NCBI GenBank assembly: GCA_013203345.1
Contig: JABMQF010000062.1
Coordinates: forward strand, 2,490 to 66,489
DNA: 64,000 bases
Origin: Candidatus Woesearchaeota archaeon
GTDB lineage: Archaea; Nanobdellota; Nanobdellia; Woesearchaeales; UBA11576
Direction: 5' to 3'
Below, piece by piece: positions 37,138-47,390 of the stretch. Position numbers and translations under genes: made by a program. The notes under the pieces are model-generated. The model was given only the letters and a program-made list of their open reading frames with translations. It was not told where the DNA came from and made no database searches. Within the stretch, counting starts at the first letter, position 1, and each line of letters starts with the position of its first letter.

Positions 37138-37926
37138 TCAATTCTTGATATCTGTTCCGCCTGATGGTAGTGCACGGATGATTTCATCGAGTTCACCGCC
37201 GAACTTCTTCTTCACAATTTTAGCTATGTCTGATGGTTTATTCTTTCCCTGAATAAGCTCGATCACATCTTTGCATTGTTTTTTTATTGCGGCCACGGGT
37301 CCGCACATCACCCTGCCGTCCTCTAAAACACAAACTGCACAATTAGGTATAGGGTTCAAGTAGTTGGTCTTACCTCGTATCATGAACGCGCCCTTGGAAA
37401 GGTGCTCACCTGCAGCAGCCTCTTTTGTGACCTGCTCAGGAGTCACCCAGAATACAGGTGTCGTCATGAGTCCCATCTTCCATGCTCTTGAGAAACAGAG
37501 CGTGGCGTCTGCCACTTCCTGCAAAGTATTGGGTCCAGGCTCTTTACCATCTGTCTTTACAATAAAAAAAGGAGAACCCGACATATCTGTGTGAAATACA
37601 ATATCTTCCTTGTCTGTGTGCTTCTTAACAACAATCTCATTTGTTGTTGCGTCCCTTCCGCCGATCACAAGAAACCCTTCTGAAGATATGAACCAGCGGA
37701 ACTTCTCATACCACTCAGGCTTGCGCCTCTTGACTTCCTTGTGCTGCTCCTTGATCTTACCAAGCTGAGAATCCTTGCTCTGCTTCTCTTCTTCAAGCCG
37801 CTTCAAGGAAATAACAAGTGCCTTTTTCGCGCCTTCAAGCTTTTTGCGGGCAAGCTTCGCCTTGTTGAAATACGATTCAGCGTTCTGCTCCACAGAGAGC
37901 TTTGGGTTGATTACTACTTTCATCAA
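37138..37926 (-). CDS. NFACT-R (DUF814) domain protein, Rqc2/FbpA C-terminal homolog
   Basis: VIGGRDATTNEIVVKKHTDKEDIVFHTDMSGSPFFIVK matches the DUF814 core (GRda.qNd.l..k....D.wfHa....GshvVl). Confidence 0.6.
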   Translation of the reverse strand: MMKVVINPKLSVEQNAESYFNKAKLARKKLEGAKKALVISLKRLEEEKQSKDSQLGKIKEQHKEVKRRKPEWYEKFRWFISSEGFLVIGGRDATTNEIVVKKHTDKEDIVFHTDMSGSPFFIVKTDGKEPGPNTLQEVADATLCFSRAWKMGLMTTPVFWVTPEQVTKEAAAGEHLSKGAFMIRGKTNYLNPIPNCAVCVLEDGRVMCGPVAAIKKQCKDVIELIQGKNKPSDIAKIVKKKFGGELDEIIRALPSGGTDIKN

Positions 37927-37959
37927 GCATGGAACGTATTTATTGTTTAAAAATATATG

Positions 37960-38367
37960 CTAACGAGAACAAGGACTCATCAGGATATAGGTGCTCTTGC
38001 CATCAGGAGAATGCGCGATATGGGCTTCACTGCTGCAGAATGCCTTGTAACCAAAACCAAGATGAGAAGGATTACGGATAGTAGAAGGGTCAAAGCCTTG
38101 CTTGTCGCGCAACTCAATAACCATGTCACTATCTACGCTAATGCCAAGGACCAGAGAGCACACCCCTGATCCATGCCGCTGGATATTCTCAACAGCATGG
38201 GCAAGGGCCATATCCATCAAGCAGTACTCTTCATCATACTGCTCAAGTGGAAAAATATCATATATGCGCGCCATATTGTCAAAGAATAATCTATTCCTTA
38301 GGTCAATCTCGCACTCTCTGATAATGCTGCTGATGCTCGGCTGATTCTCCAATATTCCTATGTACAT
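37960..38367 (-). CDS. GHKL/HATPase_c-like small ATPase (anti-sigma-factor/His-kinase-like ATP-binding domain)
   Basis: Possible N-box AVENIQRHG. G1-like DKQGFD. G2-like SHLGFGYKA. The assignment is tentative. Confidence 0.4.
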   Translation of the reverse strand: MYIGILENQPSISSIIRECEIDLRNRLFFDNMARIYDIFPLEQYDEEYCLMDMALAHAVENIQRHGSGVCSLVLGISVDSDMVIELRDKQGFDPSTIRNPSHLGFGYKAFCSSEAHIAHSPDGKSTYILMSPCSR

Positions 38368-38889
38368 GTAGGAGAGGGAAAAACAGGACAGATAAAAAAC
38401 TTACCTTGTATTGTATGTCGGGTCTGCTTTGTTGGATGTGTGGTTATCCTGCTTTTGGGAGGGGGTTTATTTGGTTTGGTAAATAAGATTTGGACTATAT
38501 TTTTATTTCCCCGAAGGGGTTTGTTTTATATTGATTCTTTTGATGAGTTTTTTGCCTTGCTGACCTGGCATGGTTTTGCTGCCTGTGCCATACTATTGCT
38601 GCGCGATTAATCTGTTGATTGACTTCTTGGTTTGCAACATCTGACTTCTTGGTTTGTTTTGCTGCCTGCGCTGTACCATTGCCGCGCTCGCACAGCTGTG
38701 TTATTTGATGTTGTTCGCCCAACTGCGTTAGGTTTTTTTCTGTTGGTGGTTTATGCTCGCTAGGCGGCAACGGTGGCGCAGGCAGCGTATTTGGTGTTGC
38801 AGACAGCAAGTATTATTGACTTATTGACTTATTACATACTCTTAACAAAAACATTTAAATAAAATGAGTCTCTTTTTTAAAGCACCAGA

Positions 38890-39201
38890 ATGAATATTGA
38901 CAAAAATATACAAGATATGATTGAATACCCTAAAGAAGGTGTATTAAGTAAAGAAGTATATAGAGATGACACGTTCAATACAGACCTATTCTGCATGGCG
39001 GCTGGAAAAGAGATATCTGAACACACATCAACAAAAAAAGCAATTGTATATGTTGTAGATGGTAAAGGAGTCTTTAATCTTGAAGGCCAAGACATAATAA
39101 TGGAACCGGGCAAGCTCATACACATGGATGCTAATGCTAAACACTCATTAAAAGCAGAATCAAATACCTCATTCCTTCTTATATTGTCAACAAAAACATA
39201 A
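38890..39201 (+). CDS. cupin-domain protein
   Basis: Cupin motifs G(x)5HxH(x)3,4E(x)6G-like: SEHTSTKKAIVYVVDGKG ... PGKLIHMDANAKHSL. Confidence 0.7.
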   Translation: MNIDKNIQDMIEYPKEGVLSKEVYRDDTFNTDLFCMAAGKEISEHTSTKKAIVYVVDGKGVFNLEGQDIIMEPGKLIHMDANAKHSLKAESNTSFLLILSTKT

Positions 39202-39279
39202 AAAACCAAAATTCGTCAAAATTAATGACAACAAAGAGTTAATAAATAATACTTCTCACCTTTTGCCTAGGCAAGGAAA

Positions 39280-39843
39280 ATGTGTTTTAGTACGACAAAA
39301 TATGTCACGTTCTTTGATGACCAGTACGGGAAGCTTGATATTTTCGATATTGTGAAGCTCAAGAACGAACAAAGACAATCACCCAATCTATGGTCTGCAA
39401 GCTTAAGCTACGGTCTACTCGGATCAGTAAGATGCAGACCAGGAATCATGGCATCTAAAGACAACAATGAAGTTCTGCTCGCTTTTGGAGATGAAGGTCT
39501 TGAAAAACTTGTAGACCTTGGATTCATAACATGCGCAACATGCCAACCTGAACAGACACCAGGATTCTGGGATGTTATAAGAAAGATTGTGCGCGAGAAC
39601 TATGGTATACAATCGCTGAATGAATTTGTTAACAAGGATGTGATACCATATGATGCAAGCAGGGTGCGCTGGGAGGAACTGATACCAATCATAGGAAGAT
39701 GTCCTGACAGATTATACCTTGCCAAGGACATGACAATGCCTGCGATGTTGCAATTAAAGACTCGGTTTAACAGAATGGGATTTGATCTACCTCCTGTAGG
39801 TTTCTATGACACAAATGCTCCGGAACGGTTTGTAGAATATTAA
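39280..39843 (+). CDS. hypothetical protein (187 aa)
   Basis: ORF track only. Confidence 0.45.
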   Translation: MCFSTTKYVTFFDDQYGKLDIFDIVKLKNEQRQSPNLWSASLSYGLLGSVRCRPGIMASKDNNEVLLAFGDEGLEKLVDLGFITCATCQPEQTPGFWDVIRKIVRENYGIQSLNEFVNKDVIPYDASRVRWEELIPIIGRCPDRLYLAKDMTMPAMLQLKTRFNRMGFDLPPVGFYDTNAPERFVEY

Positions 39844-39930
39844 TTCATGAAGTAAATGCCAATATCTTAAAAATAAATCAAACAACATAAATCAAACATC
39901 ATAAAAAACTAACAAAAGGAAAAAGAATTC

Positions 39931-40905
39931 TCAACTCATCACGCCCTGCGCCAGGGTTATGACAAAGAAAGCTACAGTCATCAATATCAATGAGTGCTTT
40001 GCACCTGACTTGAGATCACCCTCTGCAAGCTTTCCAAGTACAAGCCCTGCGAAACACGCCTGTATCATCGCAAGCATCAAGAACACGCCACGGATGGATG
40101 TGAACCAGGCACCTGCTGTGCCAATAAACGCGCCAAGCGAAGAAAAATCAACCTTCACAGGCCGGATTGCGCCTCCGAGCGCAGAAGAAGTCAAGGCCAT
40201 ACCTCCCTCTCCAATACCATCAATATTCTTTGATTCAATATTTGCAATGTAAGGTATAAGCAGGTTCTGAATCACTATCATAACGCCAAGGAACACTATG
40301 AATATTATATAGCTCTGCACGAGCTGGGAGTGGATGCCTGCCTTTCTTGCAAGCTTTATCTTCTTTATCTCTATAACAGACTTGGTAACTGTCTCGAGAA
40401 CATCCTCCATGTTACCTCCTGAAAGCTCAGCTTCTATCACTGTTGATATACTTCTTTTGATCACACCATTATTAGTCTCATTAGCAAATGTTCCCAGCGC
40501 CTTGTGTACAGGGATTGCCCACTCAACCTGATTAGCAAGCTTAACAATATGCGGTGTAAGCGCACCATAATCTGATTTTGCAACATATATAATCGCCTTG
40601 CTAACAGGCATGCCTGACTTGATAGATCCTACAAGATTCCTGACAAATTCAGGGAACATAGACTCGAGCTCCTTCTGCTTTTTGGAAAACATGAAGAAAT
40701 CCAACCAGAACTGCATCCATCCAATGCTTAAAGATATTATCAACAAAGGTATGAACCATGAAGTCTTCCTCAAGAATAATAAGTCCACTGCAAGCAGAGC
40801 TACCCCTAAAATAACGCCGATCAAATGCTTCTTATCAAAATGCCACTCCATCATAACACCATCATATCTCGGGTTGAGTAACCGTAAGGAAAGTAAGGAA
40901 CGCAA
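39931..40905 (-). CDS. type IV pilus/T2SS-F-like inner-membrane platform protein (TadB/TadC-like, second half of split platform)
   Basis: GspF-like cytoplasmic helical domain (SIKSGMPVSKAIIYVAKSDYGALTPHIVKLANQVEWAIPVHKALGTFA) flanked by TM helices. 44-nt overlap with the upstream platform gene. Confidence 0.6.
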   Translation of the reverse strand: MRSLLSLRLLNPRYDGVMMEWHFDKKHLIGVILGVALLAVDLLFLRKTSWFIPLLIISLSIGWMQFWLDFFMFSKKQKELESMFPEFVRNLVGSIKSGMPVSKAIIYVAKSDYGALTPHIVKLANQVEWAIPVHKALGTFANETNNGVIKRSISTVIEAELSGGNMEDVLETVTKSVIEIKKIKLARKAGIHSQLVQSYIIFIVFLGVMIVIQNLLIPYIANIESKNIDGIGEGGMALTSSALGGAIRPVKVDFSSLGAFIGTAGAWFTSIRGVFLMLAMIQACFAGLVLGKLAEGDLKSGAKHSLILMTVAFFVITLAQGVMS

Positions 40906-42808
40906 TATTCATGAACGGTATGACAACATAAGTTCCCATCACAATAATTACATTGACATCCATGCCACCAACCTTACCACCAAGAAGGCTCACAAGTGAC
41001 AAAGCAGCCACGAAGAAAAGCGGAGCCGCTATCAGTATGCCTGTGTAAATATCTGAATAAGTCGCTATAGTTTCTGTATACTGCTGACGCTCAAGCTTGT
41101 AATTAAGCATAGCCTCGTCTGCCTTCTGACTAAAGAACTGCTTCAAATCACCACCTGTCTGTGTTGTTGAAATCATACCTTCAAAAAAATCCTTGAACTC
41201 AAAAGAAGGTGTTGTAGCTGAAACAGCCTTCAATGAAGTAAGGACATCATATCCAAAAACATCTACATAATTAACTATCTTCTCTATTTCAGAAGACACC
41301 TCGCCATACTCAGTAGAGTCTGCGATAAGCCTGAACATTTTTATAGGTGCAACACCAGATGAAGACACTGCCGCCATATGATTTATCGCAAAAGGAAGGT
41401 TTGCGTTTATGCTTGCCCTCCTAGCTTTCATCATTGAATAAGGATAAGCGTAAAAACCTGCGAATATTGCGATACCGAGCAGCAAAGACATCATCAAAGT
41501 TCTGAACAAAACCTGTAATAAGGGTAATGAAGTTGCAGCAAAAAAGAACCCGAAAACAAACAACCCCAAGAACGAACTTGCAATAACACCTAAAACCATC
41601 ATGTTCACATAAGTATTCGAAAGAATCTTTATGTTAGCAAGCCTAATCGCATGATATAAATCCTTGAAAAATTCAGGAAACTGATCAAGAAGATAAAGAC
41701 TTATATGTTTTATACTCATATTAGCAAAAGATCCAAAAAAACTTGGTTGGTATACTTTCAAGGACTTTCTGCTGTCCATTATTGACCTTATCCTTCTAGC
41801 CTCTTTTGTAAATGATGTTGTAGATATCTTCTCTGCTTCAGCAATAACTTTTGGTTTCTCTCTTCTTCTGCGAGCAGCAAGATGGTAAGTTGATATAGGA
41901 CCTTTAGAAGGAATATCACTGAATGTTATCTTTCGTTTCCTATTAATAAGATTCTTGAAATAACCCATGTTGAAACCACTACCTAAAGCAATGGCTTCTT
42001 CAGGTTTGGTAACGGGCTTTGCAACTGGTTTGGTAACTGGCTTTGCAACTGCAACTGGTTTGGCAACATGCTTGGAAACAGGTGCTGCCTTTTTTGCAGA
42101 ACTATGCTTTGAGAATAATCTCTCAAACAAAGATGGTCGAGAAACGTGTACTGGAGAAGGCTTAGCAATAGGTTTAGATGCTGCCTGTCTATCAATAGGC
42201 TTAACCTTAGTCTTCAATTCATCCATAACCCTGTCAAGTTCACGTCTTGTCACCAGCCGCTTCATGAACAACTGCAATCTCTCAAACAATGAAGACTTTA
42301 TCTCAACAAGATGAGGAACAGACTTATCAGGAGCAACAATAAATTGCTTATCTGTTTGAACTGATGCTACGTGAGCAGGTTTTGCAAGGGCAGGTTTTGC
42401 ATGAACGGGCGTTGCAGCATGTTCTGGAATAGGCTTGACAACAGGTTTTACAACAGACTTAACAGCAGACTTAACAGCCGCGAGTGGAGACTGAACTTTC
42501 ACATCAACTATATTCTCAAAATCATTGTTGTTGTAAGCTTCATAGAAAAGCTGTGAATTATATGTCTCTATCTTCTTAAGCAATGAATAAACATAAGAAT
42601 CATAATATTCCATCCAATCCTCTTTTGATCTTCCTTTAAGAATTCTTTTCAATGATTTCTCATAACTAAAATAAGTTAGCGTACCGCTTTGATAGTCTGC
42701 GAACAGGCTGTCAATCCTTCTGATCAGATTCTGCTTATACACTCTGTAAGTCTCAATCTCAGAGATAAGTTCCAGAACCTTATTGACTATCAGCTGAACA
42801 TCCTTCAT
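40862..42808 (-). CDS. FlaJ/TadC-like membrane platform protein with K-P-V/A repeat linker
   Basis: C-terminal ~350 aa with T2SSF-like topology. Residues ~100-280 form a low-complexity A/K/P/V repeat (AKPVAVAKPVTKPVAKPVTKP, SAVKSVVKPVVKP). Confidence 0.65.
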   Translation of the reverse strand: MKDVQLIVNKVLELISEIETYRVYKQNLIRRIDSLFADYQSGTLTYFSYEKSLKRILKGRSKEDWMEYYDSYVYSLLKKIETYNSQLFYEAYNNNDFENIVDVKVQSPLAAVKSAVKSVVKPVVKPIPEHAATPVHAKPALAKPAHVASVQTDKQFIVAPDKSVPHLVEIKSSLFERLQLFMKRLVTRRELDRVMDELKTKVKPIDRQAASKPIAKPSPVHVSRPSLFERLFSKHSSAKKAAPVSKHVAKPVAVAKPVTKPVAKPVTKPEEAIALGSGFNMGYFKNLINRKRKITFSDIPSKGPISTYHLAARRRREKPKVIAEAEKISTTSFTKEARRIRSIMDSRKSLKVYQPSFFGSFANMSIKHISLYLLDQFPEFFKDLYHAIRLANIKILSNTYVNMMVLGVIASSFLGLFVFGFFFAATSLPLLQVLFRTLMMSLLLGIAIFAGFYAYPYSMMKARRASINANLPFAINHMAAVSSSGVAPIKMFRLIADSTEYGEVSSEIEKIVNYVDVFGYDVLTSLKAVSATTPSFEFKDFFEGMISTTQTGGDLKQFFSQKADEAMLNYKLERQQYTETIATYSDIYTGILIAAPLFFVAALSLVSLLGGKVGGMDVNVIIVMGTYVVIPFMNIAFLTFLTVTQPEI

Positions 42809-42832
42809 TTTACTATTGCAATACCCCCAAAA

Positions 42833-43048
42833 TCAAGAGATCTGTTCAAGACCCTCAAGCATGTGCTTGACGTGTAGCGAAAGCTTCAACATACGCTCCT
42901 TTGCGAACTTAGCCTCCTCTTTACGAACAATGATATCCTCATTACTATCAACACCTGCGTTGACAATATCCTCATAAAGCTCATCAAGTGCAGATATCTC
43001 CCTCATACTCTCATCGATGGAAAGCATTCTTTCCCGAAAGCCACTCAT
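42833..43048 (-). CDS. small hypothetical protein (71 aa) between ATPase and platform genes
   Basis: ORF track. 4-nt overlap with the upstream ATPase gene. Confidence 0.4.
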   Translation of the reverse strand: MSGFRERMLSIDESMREISALDELYEDIVNAGVDSNEDIIVRKEEAKFAKERMLKLSLHVKHMLEGLEQIS

Positions 43049-44811
43049 TTCATATCAAACCTCTTTAGAACCGACTCAGGATCCTTATAATAATCATTAA
43101 CTACCTTATTGAATTCCTGGAAAGAAGCAATATTTTTATCAGCCATCTTCTGCAATAAAATTGCACGCTGTTTCATCTCTGCAGTAATCTGCTCCTCAGT
43201 CATACCTGTTCTCTTTGTTATCTGCTCAAATATTGTCGGCTTATTTTTTAATAATATCTTATCGCTAGCAGGATCCAACTCAAAAACAGAATTGTACTTT
43301 GCTTGTCCTAAAGCCTGCTCAACTTCCAAAACCTCATCAACTTCTCTCAAGCGCCTTATGTTACGCTTCTGATCTTTTATATGGATGCAGATGCAGACAA
43401 CATCCAATGCCTCTACAAGAGACGGTGAAAGATTTATAGGAGGAGTCTCCAGCCTCTTCACAACAGTATCAACCGACGCTGCGTGGAATGTCGAGAATGA
43501 AGGATGGCCTGAAGCCATGCCCTGGAACAACACATAAGCCTCTTTGCCTCTGATCTCTCCCACAATAACATAATCAGGATTCTGCCTGAAACTCTCCCTA
43601 AGAAGATCGAAAAGAGTTATCTCACCATACTTTGTGCCCATCACAGTAGGCATTCCAAAACCTGCACGAGTGACCGCAGGAAGCCAATTGATGTGCGCAA
43701 GGTTCAACTCTCTTGTATCCTCAATAGAACATATACGAGCTTCAGGAGGTATAAAATCCACAATACAGTTCAGGAATGTTGTCTTGCCTGAAGCAGTCTC
43801 ACCAACAACCATTATATTGAACTTATTCTCTATAACAAGCCAAAGGTATGCGAAAGCTTCTGCAGTGGCAGTCCCTGACTTTATCAGATGGACAGGAGTC
43901 CAAGGTTCTTTTGTGAACTTCCTTATTGTGAAAGTTGGCCCGCGTGTTGTTATGTCCTCTGTGTAAGTAGCGTTAACTCTTGACCCATCAGGAAGAGTAC
44001 CGTCCAGTAAAGGCTTAGCATAAGATATGTACCTACCAGTCTTCTGCGCTAGCTTCTCTATAAAATCAGTCATGTACTGCTTATCCTTGAAAATAACAGT
44101 GGTCTTCAGGTTCTGATACTTCCTGTGAACTATGTACAATGGAAAATTCAAACCATTGCACTCAATATCCTCAACATAATAATCATTAAGCAAAGGCTCA
44201 ATCTCATTTAGACCGACAGAATTCCTGTAAACATAGTACATCAACTTTTTGTAACTCTTCTTACTAACCTTTGTACCTATCTCAACAAGAATGCTCTGTA
44301 CATTCTTCTCAAGATATTGAATAAGCAAATTAGACTTTGACGCACGAACAAAACTTATATTTATCATTTCCTCAAGGCCAAGATTAATCAGCTCAAGAAG
44401 CTCTTTCTCAGTATCATCAAGTATAGGCTCTTCAACAGAATAGATAAGCTCATTCTGCTCTTTATCCCAGTATAAATGCGCATAAGCATAAGGAGGAATT
44501 AAAGGATAACGCACATTTATTGTTCGCTTCTGATCATAAGGTGGAAGTTTTGTAAGCTTAGGTCTGAGATCTATGTAGAAACCATCATTATACTTGTTCT
44601 CTATTAATACCTCCGACCCTGCCTCTGAGCCTCCCTCTACTCCTTCCTCTTTAGAAGAGGATGAACTCTGCTCAGCATTGACTACAACCTCAGGTCCTTC
44701 AGGTTCAGGTTTAACCTTAATCTCAACACTACCTGTACCAACAGCACCACCTGCTGCCACAACAGGAGCGGTCTTATCTACTTTTTTTTTGAAAAACGGG
44801 AATGCCACCAT
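43045..44811 (-). CDS. FlaI/TadA/VirB11-family type IV pilus assembly ATPase
   Basis: Walker A VVGETASGKTTFLN. Asp box. Walker B and His box (VIVGEIRGKEAYVLFQGMASGH). N-terminal domain with an acidic low-complexity region. Confidence 0.85.
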   Translation of the reverse strand: MVAFPFFKKKVDKTAPVVAAGGAVGTGSVEIKVKPEPEGPEVVVNAEQSSSSSKEEGVEGGSEAGSEVLIENKYNDGFYIDLRPKLTKLPPYDQKRTINVRYPLIPPYAYAHLYWDKEQNELIYSVEEPILDDTEKELLELINLGLEEMINISFVRASKSNLLIQYLEKNVQSILVEIGTKVSKKSYKKLMYYVYRNSVGLNEIEPLLNDYYVEDIECNGLNFPLYIVHRKYQNLKTTVIFKDKQYMTDFIEKLAQKTGRYISYAKPLLDGTLPDGSRVNATYTEDITTRGPTFTIRKFTKEPWTPVHLIKSGTATAEAFAYLWLVIENKFNIMVVGETASGKTTFLNCIVDFIPPEARICSIEDTRELNLAHINWLPAVTRAGFGMPTVMGTKYGEITLFDLLRESFRQNPDYVIVGEIRGKEAYVLFQGMASGHPSFSTFHAASVDTVVKRLETPPINLSPSLVEALDVVCICIHIKDQKRNIRRLREVDEVLEVEQALGQAKYNSVFELDPASDKILLKNKPTIFEQITKRTGMTEEQITAEMKQRAILLQKMADKNIASFQEFNKVVNDYYKDPESVLKRFDMK

Positions 44812-44914
44812 GATTTCTCCATAATATTTTCCATCAATCTAAATTATCATTGATCTCATTAATCTTAATAATCAATAAAGCAAAATCATCAATAAATATA
44901 AATTATCAATAAAC

Positions 44915-45613
44915 CTACCTTATCTTCACCTCGAGGAAATCCCTATTACTCTTGAGCGTGAACTCAACAACAGTGTAATAGCTTTCATCTGTAGTATTAA
45001 CATAATAAACAACGCTTGCAGCTCCAAGACTTGAACCCTCATCCTCAAGCACAGAGAAACCTGAAGCGCTCCAGACTGGAGTGCCAAAATCGAATGTGAA
45101 ATCATCATCCGCAGCATCCTCTCCTCCTGTGTTCGGATCCTTGAAAACAAAATCAACAAGCATACTAGATTGGTTCAATGTGCATGTTTCACGATCCTCG
45201 CAACTGTTGAACACTGCGCGAATGTAAGTATTCTCAAGAGTGTAATTATCTCCCCGCCTCTGAGCAGACACATCAGCATTAGAAGATATGTAGAGATTAC
45301 CAAGCTCAACTTGCTGACCAGACTCAAGTATACGCGCATCTGTGCGCATATCCCACTTAAGTGAACCGTCCTTCAGCTCAAGAAAACCTTTCTCCACCTC
45401 AACAGGCACAACGCGCTGAGAACCAACACCCTCCTCAGAAATCTCAGAAATATGCTGGTTCAGCTGAATGAAAGTATTTTTTGATCTTGTGAACACAGAC
45501 TTGTCCTGTAATTCTCTGAGAATAGGAACACCCGCATTCAGGACGACAACCATAACTACAGTTATCACAAGTATGTAAAGTATTGCTGAAATCCATATCT
45601 GTCCTTTATCCAT
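44915..45613 (-). CDS. pilin-like protein with N-terminal class-III-type hydrophobic segment
   Basis: MDKGQIWISAILYILVITVVMVVVL N-terminus. Located within the pilin gene series. Confidence 0.5.
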   Translation of the reverse strand: MDKGQIWISAILYILVITVVMVVVLNAGVPILRELQDKSVFTRSKNTFIQLNQHISEISEEGVGSQRVVPVEVEKGFLELKDGSLKWDMRTDARILESGQQVELGNLYISSNADVSAQRRGDNYTLENTYIRAVFNSCEDRETCTLNQSSMLVDFVFKDPNTGGEDAADDDFTFDFGTPVWSASGFSVLEDEGSSLGAASVVYYVNTTDESYYTVVEFTLKSNRDFLEVKIR

Positions 45614-46040
45614 TTAATATACCCGGACTATCTTTTTGGAAGCTTATGTTCTTGAAATTTAATCCTCTGCACCCTTTAGGGTACACAATAACATAATCAA
45701 CAACAGCTATATCAACTGTGACAGGCTGCATAGATCTTTGGTCAAGCATAATGACTACATCCTTGACTTCACCTGCGCTCTCAACAACAATTGTCTCTAT
45801 TATCGAGCCAATGGTATTCTTGATGTCAAAGTTCAGAGTCATATTATTATATGAAACACTCGAAGCAGGTATGTCGAAATAGTATCTTCCGCACTCGACT
45901 GCAACCAATGTTTCCCGCGATGAATAAGCTGTCTGCTCAACAACCATACTGTAAACCCATACTGCTGTGAAAAGCACTAGCAGGATGAAAATCACAGCCA
46001 AAAATATGACAAGGCTTATCTTTCTTGACGTTCTATCCAT
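45606..46040 (-). CDS. pilin-like protein
   Basis: MDRTSRKISLVIFLAVIFILLVLFTAV N-terminus. 8-nt overlap with the next gene. Confidence 0.5.
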   Translation of the reverse strand: MDRTSRKISLVIFLAVIFILLVLFTAVWVYSMVVEQTAYSSRETLVAVECGRYYFDIPASSVSYNNMTLNFDIKNTIGSIIETIVVESAGEVKDVVIMLDQRSMQPVTVDIAVVDYVIVYPKGCRGLNFKNISFQKDSPGILNG

Positions 46041-46056
46041 TTTAAAAAATATTTAC

Positions 46057-46608
46057 TCAGATAAATACCTCTGAGCAAGGTTTGACATTCTTTGCTATAG
46101 TAGAGCTTGACGGGCACGCGATAACCGTTCCACCTACCTTGATGAAAGGTGTCAACTGTACCTGCTGTGGTGTCCCATACGTATTGTCATCATAGCTCAT
46201 ATTCAGCAGCTTTGCCTCATTTGTACTAAGGCTCGCAAATTCACCAAGATCTACTGTGTAAGGCACTCTTGTGCCAGTTCCTATCAGCCTGATTTCTATC
46301 TTCTCCACAGTCTTTGCCTTCTTGTTTGCAACAATGAACTGCATAGTCTCATTATCTACAACAGAAGTGTTGTAGCATATCTGGTCAACACCATCAATCT
46401 CAACAATATCAATATCAACATCTGAAGCGCACGTGACCTCTGTGTCTGAACGCTCCCTTGCGATGTTCGCAGTATCCTCAACATAACCTCTGCCCCAATT
46501 CATGACAACAGCACCTAGTGCTACTGCGAAAGCGATCAGAAGGACTGTCGCGATAAGCGGTGAGACTGCTTTCCTGGATTTTATTATTGAACTTCTCATA
46601 TTGCTCAC
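46057..46608 (-). CDS. archaeal type IV pilin (class III signal peptide, DUF361-like)
   Basis: KSRKAVSPLIATVLLIAFAVALGAVVM matches the archaeal pilin N-terminus (K/R-A/G | x-S-P-V/L-I-A-T-V-L-L-I). Confidence 0.7.
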   Translation of the reverse strand: MSNMRSSIIKSRKAVSPLIATVLLIAFAVALGAVVMNWGRGYVEDTANIARERSDTEVTCASDVDIDIVEIDGVDQICYNTSVVDNETMQFIVANKKAKTVEKIEIRLIGTGTRVPYTVDLGEFASLSTNEAKLLNMSYDDNTYGTPQQVQLTPFIKVGGTVIACPSSSTIAKNVKPCSEVFI

Positions 46609-46609
46609 C

Positions 46610-46897
46610 TCATTTCCTCAGATTTTGGAGCATGTTATTAAGTCGTTGCTCCTCTGAATGCATTGTCTTTACATAAGGTACTGTACCGATTATAAGAACG
46701 CACAGACCCATCACAACCAGAATATTCAACATTGTCCGTCCAAGGAATCCATTTATGAACCCAAGTACTGCCACGAACATGAATGCAAAATAAAGAATCA
46801 GGCTCTTGTTCATGACAAGCATAGACTTCTCTCTATTGAGACGAGATTTTTCCACCTCAAGATGGATTATCTCCTTTTTGACGCTAATCGCAGCCAT
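46610..46897 (-). CDS. small two-TM membrane protein
   Basis: ORF track. Two hydrophobic helices. Confidence 0.45.
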   Translation of the reverse strand: MAAISVKKEIIHLEVEKSRLNREKSMLVMNKSLILYFAFMFVAVLGFINGFLGRTMLNILVVMGLCVLIIGTVPYVKTMHSEEQRLNNMLQNLRK

Positions 46898-46915
46898 AGT
46901 GATACCTCCTTTTTT

Positions 46916-47386
46916 TTATGAACATGATGCTTCAACATTTACTGACGCTGTCTTGTCAGCACAAATTATCTCAAACCCATCTTTTTCTATGTGAGGGATG
47001 ACTTCAACATAAGTGACAGATGATACTCCTGTATCCAGCAGCACCTGTTTAATCCGGTCAGGATTCATAGCTATACTTGTCTCATTGGTGTGCAGCGGGA
47101 CCCGACCATTATATATCCTAAAATCCATCTCACTTATCCTTATATAGTTGTTATTCCGAAGCGTGATATTTAAAACTTGTGCAGACATGCATGCAGAATC
47201 CGCGTTCAAACCTACAAGACGACACTCATCAGTATTGTAAACTACCTTTTTCATATCCTCAGTAGAATCTTCTGTATACCCTACCATGAATTCATACATC
47301 AAAGCGCTGAGCATTATTGCAAATGCAACCAACAACACCCAGGATATCCATGGCGATACTGCTTTACGGTTGAACCTCTTTTTCAT
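46916..47386 (-). CDS. archaeal type IV pilin (class III signal peptide)
   Basis: MKKRFNRKAVSPWISWVLLVAFAIML. Confidence 0.7.
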   Translation of the reverse strand: MKKRFNRKAVSPWISWVLLVAFAIMLSALMYEFMVGYTEDSTEDMKKVVYNTDECRLVGLNADSACMSAQVLNITLRNNNYIRISEMDFRIYNGRVPLHTNETSIAMNPDRIKQVLLDTGVSSVTYVEVIPHIEKDGFEIICADKTASVNVEASCS

Positions 47387-47390
47387 GCAA

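Noticed and set aside
38495-38809. 104-aa Pro/Gln-rich minus ORF
   Set aside because: Lies in the repeat-rich intergenic region and is built from the DNA repeats. More likely non-coding.
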